In this document: piece by piece, positions 45,446 through 54,201 of the stretch
How the letters are laid out: each line of letters starts with the position of its first letter
How positions within the stretch are numbered: position 1 is the first letter of the stretch
DNA from: a virus
Lineage: Duplodnaviria > Caudoviricetes
Reading direction: 5' to 3' (one strand)
Virus record (IMG/VR): IMGVR_UViG_3300023055_000005
Length of the DNA stretch: 64,000 bases
Translations under genes and position numbers: made by a program
Notes under the pieces: model-generated
What the model was told of the DNA's origin: nothing
Database searches by the model: none
The model's input: the letters and a program-made list of their open reading frames with translations, nothing else

Positions 45446-45717
45446 ACCATCGCTCCAGTAAATCTCTTGAAGAGTTGCGTAAGGAATACGGACGTTCCGT
45501 ACGGACCTTCCTCTTCTTCGGCCTTCTCGCAGTCTTCGATATCAGCTATGGCCTCCACTTCCTCCTCGCCCCCACCCATCCGCTCGATCCTATCGCAGCT
45601 GTTCTCTGCTTTGCGATCGCTGTGTGGGCAAATCACCACGCTACGGTGGCGCAGCGGCGGTACAAGATCTTGGAAGGGCGACTCATGCCCTACAAGGAAG
45701 GCAAGAAAAATGACTGA
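45442..45717 (+). CDS. Two-pass membrane protein
   Basis: Two hydrophobic segments and a basic C-terminus; GTGA overlap. Confidence 0.65.
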   Translation: MNHRSSKSLEELRKEYGRSVRTFLFFGLLAVFDISYGLHFLLAPTHPLDPIAAVLCFAIAVWANHHATVAQRRYKILEGRLMPYKEGKKND

Positions 45718-46159
45718 CCTGTCATCGGTTGACCCCTACGCCGAACGCAACCTGTTGCTGGCCCTGCTGTCCCATCACTACCCGGCTTTCATCTGCCGCA
45801 CCAACGAGCACGGGTGGGACGATGACTGGCGCTGGAGTTGCTACCTGCGCCTGCCGGCTGGCCAGATCAACTTCCACTTCCACGACAGCCAGCTGATGAT
45901 CTTCCAGCATCTGCCGGTCAAGGAAGAAGGCTGGGATGGAGCGGACAAGAAAGAAGTCCTCATCCGACTGGACACCATGGTGCGTCAGTTCGGCGATCTC
46001 ACCCACGTACCCAAGGTCGACCTGAAGTGGTTGATCGACGATGTGCGTATTGCCTCCCGTGACCTGGCTGGCAAGTCCCCGCTGACCGCTCTGAACGAAC
46101 TGGTCGATCGAGCCAAAGAACACAACAAGCAGTACGAAATCCAAAAGGAGCTTTTTTGA
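45710..46159 (+). CDS. Conserved phage hypothetical protein (LPxGQ...WDG family)
   Basis: YLRLPAGQINFHFHD...EGWDG. Confidence 0.75.
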   Translation: MTDLSSVDPYAERNLLLALLSHHYPAFICRTNEHGWDDDWRWSCYLRLPAGQINFHFHDSQLMIFQHLPVKEEGWDGADKKEVLIRLDTMVRQFGDLTHVPKVDLKWLIDDVRIASRDLAGKSPLTALNELVDRAKEHNKQYEIQKELF

Positions 46160-46569
46160 ACGCTGTCTATCCCTATCTGGTCTGGTCGCTGGCCATTGTG
46201 CTGGTGATCGCAATCATCGCCATCTTCTACCTCGTGCGTCAGATCGCGCTGGTCTACCAGGCTCGCGCGGAATACGAGCAGAACGCCCAGAAGGCGTCCT
46301 GGATGGTCGCCCGCATGGAGAACGCGTATGAAGATCTGGCCCAGGACTGCCATATCCTCTACTTCGCGCTGGCGCAGGCATGGTCCTCCTTCCGCGTCAT
46401 GAAAGAAGACCGGTGGCACATCTACATCAACCTGCCCACTGGGCTGGTGGTGTACGTCATTCCGCCCGAACAGGACGAGCTGTTCTCGGTGATCGATATC
46501 GGTCCTGAAGTCGACGAAGAGATCACGCCCATCAAGGTCCGCGAGCGTCTGCTCGGCACCGCCCTCTAA
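46156..46569 (+). CDS. Membrane-anchored paralog of upstream protein
   Basis: N-terminal TM; RWHIYINLPTG. Confidence 0.7.
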   Translation: MNAVYPYLVWSLAIVLVIAIIAIFYLVRQIALVYQARAEYEQNAQKASWMVARMENAYEDLAQDCHILYFALAQAWSSFRVMKEDRWHIYINLPTGLVVYVIPPEQDELFSVIDIGPEVDEEITPIKVRERLLGTAL

Positions 46570-46578
46570 GGAGCTGCC

Positions 46579-46854
46579 ATGAAACGCGAGTTCTTTGTCG
46601 AACGACTGCAAGGCCCTTTCGATTCGCTGACCACTACCGATCTCACTGAAGCTGTGAAGGCGTACTACCAGTACCCGAAAGGCTCCAGCATGTACCTGCT
46701 CGGGGACTGGGGGCAGAAGGTCTTCGTGCGCATGCCGCCCAACGTCGACACCTTCTCCGAGTTCGAAACCACCGCTCAAGCCAAGGTTCCCTCGCCAGAG
46801 CTCACCGATGAACAGAAGTTCGAGATCGTCCTCGGACTTCGCAAGCTGATCTAG
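46579..46854 (+). CDS. Hypothetical protein
   Basis: AAGGAG Shine-Dalgarno. Confidence 0.75.
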   Translation: MKREFFVERLQGPFDSLTTTDLTEAVKAYYQYPKGSSMYLLGDWGQKVFVRMPPNVDTFSEFETTAQAKVPSPELTDEQKFEIVLGLRKLI

Positions 46855-46862
46855 GAAGAGCA

Positions 46863-47249
46863 ATGCAGAAGCACTTTTACATCAAGTACGGCCAGGGTAT
46901 GAACCATGGCGTTGGTGCCATCACCACGATGGACGAGAAGGGCGAGATCAAGTTGAACGACTCGCTGATGATCGCCGTCTTCGCCTACTTCAACGCCTAC
47001 GGCAAGCCGAACCTGCGCCTGTTGGCTGGTCCGTACATCGACACGCGTGGTGTGCCAGCTGACGGTACGGCCGAAGAGATCCGCTCCATCGAGAAGTACA
47101 GCTCGCTGGTTGAACTCTTCCAGGCCATCGGTCTGCCCATTCCCGATGACCGCGTGTTCTACATGCGTGGACGCACCGCTGGCAGGACTGCGGCGATGAA
47201 CCACGTCAACAACGCCCTGCGCAGCTTCCTGCTTGGGGATGAGAGTTAG
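46863..47249 (+). CDS. Hypothetical protein
   Basis: Operon context; coding-like codon usage. Confidence 0.75.
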   Translation: MQKHFYIKYGQGMNHGVGAITTMDEKGEIKLNDSLMIAVFAYFNAYGKPNLRLLAGPYIDTRGVPADGTAEEIRSIEKYSSLVELFQAIGLPIPDDRVFYMRGRTAGRTAAMNHVNNALRSFLLGDES

Positions 47250-47251
47250 CG

Positions 47252-47614
47252 ATGGGCAAGGATAAGAAGATCAAGATCTACAGTGAGGGGAAAGACAGTA
47301 CCTTCACTTCCAACGGTAAGACCTACGCGTTGGACGGGTTGTTCCGCGAGACCCACAAGTACTCCATCACCATCCTGCCGATCTCCAAGCTGGACTGGGT
47401 GTTTGAGTATGTCACCCCCGACCCTGACCGCGTGGTCAAGGCCGACGAAGAAGTCCCTATCATCGTGGTGCGTGATCTCCATGCGCCGGCAGGGCAGCAG
47501 TTCATCGTGGTTGACGGTCTGCATCGATTGATGAAAGCGGTGAGCAAGCGCCGCAACACCATCAAGACCAAGCTGATCTCCAAGCCACTCCTCGACATGT
47601 TCGAAATCAAGTAA
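47252..47614 (+). CDS. Small ParB/Srx-N-terminal-like domain protein
   Basis: PIIVV...IVVDGLHRLMKA (DGxHR motif). Confidence 0.7.
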   Translation: MGKDKKIKIYSEGKDSTFTSNGKTYALDGLFRETHKYSITILPISKLDWVFEYVTPDPDRVVKADEEVPIIVVRDLHAPAGQQFIVVDGLHRLMKAVSKRRNTIKTKLISKPLLDMFEIK

Positions 47615-47623
47615 AGGGAAACC

Positions 47624-48847
47624 ATGCGTCAGTACATTGAGATGCTCAAGCACGTGTTCAACGTCGGGCGCCATCGTGGCGATCGCACCGGCACTGGCAC
47701 GATGTCCACCTTCGGCTATCAGGCCCGCTTCAACCTGAAGGACGGCCTGCCGGTGGTGACCGGTAAGGAGATCCACCTGCCGTCGGTCATCCATGAGCTG
47801 CTGTGGCTCATCAAGGGCGACACCAACATCGCCTACCTGCAGGCCAATGGCGTGCGTATCTGGAACGAGTGGGCTGCTCCGGAGGACGTCTACGTGGTCT
47901 CCCCGTTGTTGCCCGAGCAGATGCGTGATGCGATCGTGGCACATGACCCGTTCCTGAAGGCATGGGCCAACGTCAACATCTTCTGCCCGGACTACCTGAG
48001 CGAAAAGCTGGTCAAGCTCGGCCTGCCCATCACCCAGAACGTCAAGGTCAAGAGCAAGGGTGACCTGGGTCCGGTGTACGGCAAGCAGTGGCGTAACGTC
48101 GAAGATACCCGCCTGATCACCCAGGACGAGTACGTGGCCGGCGTGTACGCTGACAAGTACGACATCTCGAAGATCCCGGTGCGGATGGCGCATGGCGAGT
48201 TCTACGTGGCCACGCGCAAGATCGATCAGCTGGCCAACGCCATCGAGATCCTCAAGCGCGATCCGGACAGCCGCCGCATCCTGGTGGATTCGTGGAACCC
48301 GGCTGACCTGGACCACATGGCACTGACCCCGTGCCACAACCTGTTCCAGTTCGGCACCACCCCGCTGAACCGCGAAGAGCGCTGGGCCCTGTTCAACCAG
48401 TTCGCCAAGACGTCGGACATGGCCAAGATCCGCAAGGACATTCGCGACAATGGCTTCGATGCGAACAACATCGAGCACACGGCCTTCGATGAAGCCCTGA
48501 AGCTGCATGGTGTACCGACCCACCGCCTGAACTGCATGCTGAACATCCGCTCCAATGACATCTTCCTGGGCGCGCCGTTCAACATCACCAGCTATGCGAT
48601 CCTGACCCACCTGGTGGCGCAGGTCGTCGGCATGGACGTGGGTGAGCTGGTGTACAACATCGGTGACATGCATGTCTACAATAATCATGTCGAGCAGGTC
48701 GGCGTCCAGCTCCAGCGCGAGCCCTACCCGCTGCCCACGCTGATGCTCAACCCGACGATCAAGAACATCGACGATTTCACCATCGACGATATCGTGGTCA
48801 CGAACTACAAGCATCATCCCAAGATCAAGGCCAAGGTGTCCGTCTGA
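47624..48847 (+). CDS. thyA: Thymidylate synthase with insertions
   Basis: DRTGTGT, ELLWLIKGDTN, IWNEWA, DLGPVYGKQWR, MALTPCH, RSNDIFLGAPFNI, GDMHVYNNH. Confidence 0.96.
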   Translation: MRQYIEMLKHVFNVGRHRGDRTGTGTMSTFGYQARFNLKDGLPVVTGKEIHLPSVIHELLWLIKGDTNIAYLQANGVRIWNEWAAPEDVYVVSPLLPEQMRDAIVAHDPFLKAWANVNIFCPDYLSEKLVKLGLPITQNVKVKSKGDLGPVYGKQWRNVEDTRLITQDEYVAGVYADKYDISKIPVRMAHGEFYVATRKIDQLANAIEILKRDPDSRRILVDSWNPADLDHMALTPCHNLFQFGTTPLNREERWALFNQFAKTSDMAKIRKDIRDNGFDANNIEHTAFDEALKLHGVPTHRLNCMLNIRSNDIFLGAPFNITSYAILTHLVAQVVGMDVGELVYNIGDMHVYNNHVEQVGVQLQREPYPLPTLMLNPTIKNIDDFTIDDIVVTNYKHHPKIKAKVSV

Positions 48848-48881
48848 TGTCTCTTCCCCTCATGAACCTCAATAACCAACG

Positions 48882-49169
48882 ATGAGCGAGAAGACCAAGG
48901 AGATCCTTGTCGTACTCGGATGCCTTGCTTTCCTGGCCGTGATGATCACGGCCATCATTGTCAGTTCTATCCAAGCGCAGAAAACGAAGAATCTTGAGCG
49001 GACACTGGTGCGGGACTGCACTGCTACAGGTTATCAGCGCGTGGAGAAGCGAGGGAGTGCCTCCTTCGGGGTTTCTGCTAGCGGTAACCTTGTGGCGGTG
49101 CCTACCGACGAGATCATCATCTACAACGAGTACCTCTGTCCGGACGGTACGAAACGCTACGCCCAGTAG
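48882..49169 (+). CDS. Membrane-anchored hypothetical protein
   Basis: N-terminal TM; two Cys in the soluble part. Confidence 0.65.
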   Translation: MSEKTKEILVVLGCLAFLAVMITAIIVSSIQAQKTKNLERTLVRDCTATGYQRVEKRGSASFGVSASGNLVAVPTDEIIIYNEYLCPDGTKRYAQ

Positions 49170-49185
49170 CGAGGAGAGCTAGGTC

Positions 49186-49386
49186 ATGTTCAGCAAAGAG
49201 AAACACTTCACATCGGTGATTGCGCAGGGGATCATCAGTGACCTCAGTCGCTCTGTACGCGAGGCAGAGAAGGCGGCCAGCGAAAGAGCCAAGCGCGAGG
49301 CAATTCGCACCGGTGGTCGGAAGGCTGGTCTCCAGAACTCCGGCGGGAAGAAGTTCCAACGCATGGCTGCCCGTAGCCGCGGGTGA
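49186..49386 (+). CDS. Small basic protein
   Basis: GAGGAG Shine-Dalgarno; 66 aa. Confidence 0.65.
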   Translation: MFSKEKHFTSVIAQGIISDLSRSVREAEKAASERAKREAIRTGGRKAGLQNSGGKKFQRMAARSRG

Positions 49387-49471
49387 TAACGCAGGAGAGC
49401 CTTCGGGCTCTCCTGTATGCCGTAAATGAAAACGCAATGAAAGAATGTAATGACTAACCGAGGAGTATGAC

Positions 49472-49810
49472 GTGGAAGAGATTGTTGATAACGAAGCAAT
49501 GCGCCAAGCCCGCAAAGAGGCGGCACTGGCAGACCTGACCGCACTGGCATTGTCCACCTGGGGGATCATCTCCGAAGAGTGCGACAAGGACAAGGGTTCC
49601 AAGGAACTGTACCGCACCAAGTTCGAAGCCATGCTGGCCGACCGACTGGTTACCATCAGTCAGGGCTGGTCCTCCGCCTACGGGTTCGAGAAGATCGAAG
49701 TGATCTGGGACGGCCCTTCGCTGGTCACCACGTTCCACTACCAGCGCCGCACCATCAAGGACCATGTCATCTTCAGCTACAAGGTAGACCCGAAGGCGTG
49801 GTGGGTGTAA
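49472..49810 (+). CDS. Hypothetical protein
   Basis: GAGGAG Shine-Dalgarno. Confidence 0.7.
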   Translation: MEEIVDNEAMRQARKEAALADLTALALSTWGIISEECDKDKGSKELYRTKFEAMLADRLVTISQGWSSAYGFEKIEVIWDGPSLVTTFHYQRRTIKDHVIFSYKVDPKAWWV

Positions 49811-50169
49811 TGGACGAACGGCAACTACGCAAGCTCTGGGAGGATGAGGTCAAAGACATCATCCTGGAGGCCGTGCTCGAATCCAGGCTGAACCGAAACA
49901 GCTGGCAGGACAACGGAGACCGCGAGTACGAGCTGAAGCGCACTGTACCTGCGTTGCTGAAGACGCGTAGTTCCTACACCGGCCAGATCCCCGGTCAGTA
50001 CTACTCCAGTGAAGTGAGCTGGGATGATCGTGAAGTTTCTGTGCTGGTGGACTTTCGCCATGGCGACGACATGTACACCGTCGAAGTTGTCCACTCACTG
50101 CGCACCAAGTTTACCAACGTACGGCAGGGAACTCTCTTTGCCAATCATCGACAACCGAAATTAGTCTAA
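49810..50169 (+). CDS. Hypothetical protein
   Basis: TAATG coupling. Confidence 0.7.
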   Translation: MDERQLRKLWEDEVKDIILEAVLESRLNRNSWQDNGDREYELKRTVPALLKTRSSYTGQIPGQYYSSEVSWDDREVSVLVDFRHGDDMYTVEVVHSLRTKFTNVRQGTLFANHRQPKLV

Positions 50170-50179
50170 GGAATTATGT

Positions 50180-50914
50180 ATGTCTGATGTAAAGGCTGTA
50201 GCCGTAGTTGCCACGGACCATAGTCGTTTGCTCGCGCGGATCATCCGTACTTTGATTCACGATTACTACTCCATGCGTACCAGAATGCTGCCGCCGGAAG
50301 ACTACGACAAGCAGCTAGGTGATCTGATCAAGGCCAAGCTGTGGCATGGTTACAATCGCGGCTATCTGCCGGGACGTCACATGCGTATTGACGTCACCAG
50401 CAACCACAACTCCGTCGATGTTGACTTCAAGGCCTGGGGTGATCCGGGTGGGAATGAGGTAAACATCAAGATCCACGAACCCTTTGGCAATGGACTCGAT
50501 CCGCGTTTCTTCGATAGCGTGAAAGAGGACTGGACAGCGGACGGTTTCCTGCATGACCTGATCCTGTTCGCCAAAGGTCAGTACGGTCGTTGGACGGATT
50601 TCGACGGGCTGGTGGAAATCTACATGCACCACTACGCCACCCTGACCCCGCCCAAGATCACTGAGCGGAACTTCTTCTACATCTACCCTGTGATCGAAAG
50701 AGCACTTTCCGAAATCGGAGAGCGGCTCAATCCGCATGAACACATGGACATGCTGCGTCACCTCAGTCAGCGTGACTTCGAGGCGGCCATTGGGGTGAAT
50801 ATCAGCCATCTGACCCTCATGCCGGTCGGACGTGTCAACGATGTCCCGATGATGTGGAAACCCAATCCGGTGATAGCTGAAAAGCTCGCACCTTTTGTCA
50901 ACAGGGAGCCGTAA
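50180..50914 (+). CDS. Hypothetical protein
   Basis: AAGGA Shine-Dalgarno. Confidence 0.72.
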   Translation: MSDVKAVAVVATDHSRLLARIIRTLIHDYYSMRTRMLPPEDYDKQLGDLIKAKLWHGYNRGYLPGRHMRIDVTSNHNSVDVDFKAWGDPGGNEVNIKIHEPFGNGLDPRFFDSVKEDWTADGFLHDLILFAKGQYGRWTDFDGLVEIYMHHYATLTPPKITERNFFYIYPVIERALSEIGERLNPHEHMDMLRHLSQRDFEAAIGVNISHLTLMPVGRVNDVPMMWKPNPVIAEKLAPFVNREP

Positions 50915-51246
50915 TGCCTGATCGTCACCTCATCATGCGCAATGGCACTACCCAGTACAGCTACGCTCACAAGGGTCGTGTCTACGAACCCACGGTCAGC
51001 CGCATCAACCCCGATGGCTCCCTCACTCGGCTACAGCCCGGCGAGAAGGGTGACTACGTCATGGAGTTCCGTGGGCGTCAGCGTCGGATTACGTTGCTGC
51101 CGGGCGCACTCCCGGAAGGCGCGGCACCGGATGCCGAAATCCCGATGGACATCCGCGTCTCCAGTTGGCGCAAGCGTGATCCCCGCAGGCTGCGTCGCGG
51201 TCAGCAGCGTACGCTGTACAAGAAGCGCAAGCAGACTCGTGCATGA
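50914..51246 (+). CDS. Hypothetical basic protein
   Basis: TAATG coupling. Confidence 0.68.
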   Translation: MPDRHLIMRNGTTQYSYAHKGRVYEPTVSRINPDGSLTRLQPGEKGDYVMEFRGRQRRITLLPGALPEGAAPDAEIPMDIRVSSWRKRDPRRLRRGQQRTLYKKRKQTRA

Positions 51247-51518
51247 AGTACGTTGTCATGGTAGCCAGCACGATCATCTTCGCCGCGCTGGTGATCATCT
51301 CGATCATCCTCGCATCGCTGTTGTTCATCTCCGGCTATAGTCCTCGTGTGCAGACTGCCAATGTTGAAACTCCCAGCATTGGCGTGGAGGTGCGGTACTT
51401 CATGGTGGACGGAATGCAGTGGGTGCACTTCATTCCTCCTGGTAGCTCCATGGAGTGCATACAGCGCCGGCACAAAGCCCTCTCGGTCCAATGTGTACCG
51501 CTGAAGCAAGAGCCCTGA
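51243..51518 (+). CDS. Membrane-anchored hypothetical protein
   Basis: ATGA overlap; long N-terminal TM. Confidence 0.65.
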   Translation: MKYVVMVASTIIFAALVIISIILASLLFISGYSPRVQTANVETPSIGVEVRYFMVDGMQWVHFIPPGSSMECIQRRHKALSVQCVPLKQEP

Positions 51519-51522
51519 GAAA

Positions 51523-51563
51523 GGCATACAGGAGGCCCTACGGGGCCTCCTGCTTTTATGCCG
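51523..51563 (+). terminator. CATA-hairpin-TATG element
   Basis: GGCATA-CAGGAGGCCC-TACG-GGGCCTCCTG-CTTT-TATGCC. Confidence 0.75.
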
Positions 51564-51581
51564 TTTCTTTTCTTTTGGCTT

Positions 51582-51612
51582 AAAGATCTTTCAGCCCTAC
51601 ATTACCTAGTTG
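51582..51612 (+). promoter_or_regulatory. Phage promoter motif, variant class
   Basis: AAAGATCTTTCAGCCCTACATTACCTAGTTG upstream of a new operon. Confidence 0.45.
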
Positions 51613-51654
51613 TACCATACCCAAACCGAATCAAACTACTAACGGAGTAATACC

Positions 51655-52407
51655 GTGACTCGCAAGATTGGTCCCTACGAACACTACCTGCACATCGAAA
51701 CCTCCGCAGACGACTACGAACGTCTGAAGGCTGCCGGCATCAATGGCGCCCATCACTGGAACACCGACCGGCAAGCCTTGGACGCCCTGGCACGCACTGT
51801 CGAAGAGATCGCTCCCAAGGCGATGTTGATGTACTGCTCCGGCACTGACATGCGTGTGCGTGGTACGCGCGTCTCTGTCCTGCAGCTCCCTAGCTGCATG
51901 CAGTACGAGGTTCGTCAGGATCTCGGCTATGGCTACAAGATCCTCCACTCCGACGAAGAGCTGGCTGACTGCGACTGCCTGCTCTCCAGCATGATCAACG
52001 AAGATCACCCCAAGGTCCAGGGACTGCCCTGCGGCACGACGATCAAGGTCATCAGCACCAAGATCGTGGAGAGCGCAGACTTCACCTCTGACGAACAGTT
52101 GGAGTACTGGATCAATGGCCGGGATATCCACCGCAGCAAGGACGCTGAGCAGACCATCAAGTTCACCAACCTCAACGAAGGTGAGTGCTGCCCGGACTTC
52201 GGCTGCTGTGCTCCCACCACGGGCTCTGTGGAGGCGCGTAAGGCCTATTACAATGCGCACAAGGCCAAGGACTCCGATACCAAGCAGAAGCTGCTGATGG
52301 GCTTCCTGGGCAGCGCTGTGCTGAACGCAAGCGAGGCTGCCGGTGATAAGCCGAAGAGCACTTACATCGCTGGCAGTGGTCCGGCGCGTTCCACCAAACT
52401 GAACTGA
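51655..52407 (+). CDS. Hypothetical protein with Cys-rich C-terminal module
   Basis: GTG start after GGAG; W..G...H...ECCPDFGCC. Confidence 0.75.
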   Translation: MTRKIGPYEHYLHIETSADDYERLKAAGINGAHHWNTDRQALDALARTVEEIAPKAMLMYCSGTDMRVRGTRVSVLQLPSCMQYEVRQDLGYGYKILHSDEELADCDCLLSSMINEDHPKVQGLPCGTTIKVISTKIVESADFTSDEQLEYWINGRDIHRSKDAEQTIKFTNLNEGECCPDFGCCAPTTGSVEARKAYYNAHKAKDSDTKQKLLMGFLGSAVLNASEAAGDKPKSTYIAGSGPARSTKLN

Positions 52408-52416
52408 GAAATCGCA

Positions 52417-53079
52417 ATGAAGAAAGAGTACAAGGTCAAGTTCTGGGGCAGCTGCATGAACGATGGCTGGATCTGGAAGCAGATGCCCGAACTCGGCGAA
52501 TCGAAGCATCATTGGTTCGACACCGCTGAAGAGCGCACTGCTTTCATCGAAAAGATCAAGGCAGTGATGGCTACCGGGGAGAAGAACGGTCCTGTCGCAA
52601 TCTTCGATACCTGTGAAGGGGATGACACGCGCATTCGTAGCGTCGCCGTCTGCACCATGGTCACGCCCGATGGTAAGCGCTACACCATCACCGAGGACTT
52701 CGGATACGGCGATCTCCAGAAGACCGCTGATTTCATCTTCTTCGACTACGAGGAGAACAACCGTTCTTGCGATCATCGTCGGCAGGCCATGATTGCGGCA
52801 CGCTATCCGGATTACGTGCGTAGCGATGAACTGGATACGTGCAATGAAACCATCGTCTTGGAAAACCTCCACGTTACGCTGGTCAGCGAGTTTATCACCG
52901 AGGAGCAGCAGGCGGAGTTGCTCAGGGATGGACGCCATGTCATCGCAATGTTCCCGGAGGCATTCGGTGGCCCTGACGGTTCGGTGGATTTCACCAAGTG
53001 TCGTCCGTATTTTTTCCAGAGCATGCCGCAGGTTGACGTCGCTGCTTTCTACGCTGCCAGTAACAAGCAAACCCACTGA
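52417..53079 (+). CDS. Hypothetical protein, possible metal-binding
   Basis: EENNRSCDHRR...DTCNE. Confidence 0.75.
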   Translation: MKKEYKVKFWGSCMNDGWIWKQMPELGESKHHWFDTAEERTAFIEKIKAVMATGEKNGPVAIFDTCEGDDTRIRSVAVCTMVTPDGKRYTITEDFGYGDLQKTADFIFFDYEENNRSCDHRRQAMIAARYPDYVRSDELDTCNETIVLENLHVTLVSEFITEEQQAELLRDGRHVIAMFPEAFGGPDGSVDFTKCRPYFFQSMPQVDVAAFYAASNKQTH

Positions 53080-53210
53080 GTATTTTCGAACTCCCCCTGG
53101 CTATGAAATAGGGGAAGCAGAGACCGCTCTTACGCGTAGCGTTATGCCTTAAATATTAGGGGAGGCGTAGCCTCCCTTTCCTTTTATCTTTTGCCCTTCA
53201 GGAACTGCAA

Positions 53211-53795
53211 ATGGAAAAGTACGGACCGCATGCAAGTTCACCTGCAGACCGGATCAACACAGCTGAGCTGTTGCAACACCAGATCACAGCAGCGTTGAAC
53301 AGGCATGCGACTTACTCCAAGGTCGGAACCATTGAACAGCGTATCACCTACCCGCTGGACTTCTACTGCTATCGCACGGTGCGGTATGGAGGCCCCAAGG
53401 GTACTGGCAAGAGCACTGCCATCGCCAAGCTTGCTCGACCGGGGGACATGATCATCGTCTCCTCCCAGCCGTGTCGTAACAGGATGGCGACCTTGCTGGT
53501 GGAGAACGGCAAGAGCGACAATGACATCACGATCTTGGACGCCGAAGAGTTCATGGACAAGATCTTCGCCAAACTGCCTGAGGAACCACCTGCAATCCTC
53601 AACAAGCGTCATGAAGTTCACTCGGCAGGTGATGAAGGTATCCGTCGCGTGTTTGTAGATGACGTCATGCTCATCTGCCCACGTTTCCAGAAGATGGTGC
53701 ACGGTACACCTGTCCCGGCCTTCGTACCGGCGGTGTTGCGCTATGGCTGCCATTGCAGCTACCCCCAGCCTGTCATTGTGCTGGTGAACCTGTGA
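53211..53795 (+). CDS. Small P-loop NTPase
   Basis: Walker A GGPKGTGKST; Walker-B-like RVFVDD. Confidence 0.7.
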   Translation: MEKYGPHASSPADRINTAELLQHQITAALNRHATYSKVGTIEQRITYPLDFYCYRTVRYGGPKGTGKSTAIAKLARPGDMIIVSSQPCRNRMATLLVENGKSDNDITILDAEEFMDKIFAKLPEEPPAILNKRHEVHSAGDEGIRRVFVDDVMLICPRFQKMVHGTPVPAFVPAVLRYGCHCSYPQPVIVLVNL

Positions 53796-53806
53796 GCGGG
53801 GAATGC

Positions 53807-53956
53807 ATGCGGATGGCCACCAACGCTGAGGCGGCACTGGCAATCAGTCTCTACGTGATCATCATGGTCGCCACGATACTGATCCTCCCCAACACCAAGC
53901 ACATCTGGAGATGGGTCAAACGCCTCTTCTCCAAGAAGGCTGACGACAATGCCTGA
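53807..53956 (+). CDS. Small membrane protein
   Basis: ALAISLYVIIMVATILIL; overlaps the next start. Confidence 0.5.
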   Translation: MRMATNAEAALAISLYVIIMVATILILPNTKHIWRWVKRLFSKKADDNA

Positions 53957-54179
53957 CTACGTGAAGCGATTTGAGTTTCGTCTTCGCCAGAGCGCTGCAC
54001 TTGTCAATGCAAGACAAGAGCTGACTCGTTTAAAAGCTTACATGTCATCCCCTTGTTACGAGGAGCTCGATGCAGCCCGGCAGGAATGGGTTCGAGAACA
54101 GATCGTAGTGGAAGAGAAACGCCTGCAGTACCTGACGGCGTGGAGTCACTACTTCGAGTCCTCTAAGAGCAAGCCTTAA
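53949..54179 (+). CDS. Small coiled-coil hypothetical protein
   Basis: 76 aa; AAGG Shine-Dalgarno. Confidence 0.6.
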   Translation: MPDYVKRFEFRLRQSAALVNARQELTRLKAYMSSPCYEELDAARQEWVREQIVVEEKRLQYLTAWSHYFESSKSKP

Positions 54180-54201
54180 TCAATCACTTGGGGAGGGGGT
54201 C

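Noticed and set aside
45442-45717. Holin call
   Set aside because: Two TMs and a basic tail fit, but several other ORFs look similar and it is not linked to the endolysin; unsupported.
47624-48847. ThyA as a dCMP hydroxymethylase or base-modification enzyme, or as intein-containing
   Set aside because: It keeps Asn in PFNI (dUMP specificity). The insertions are short and lack intein N- and C-terminal motifs.
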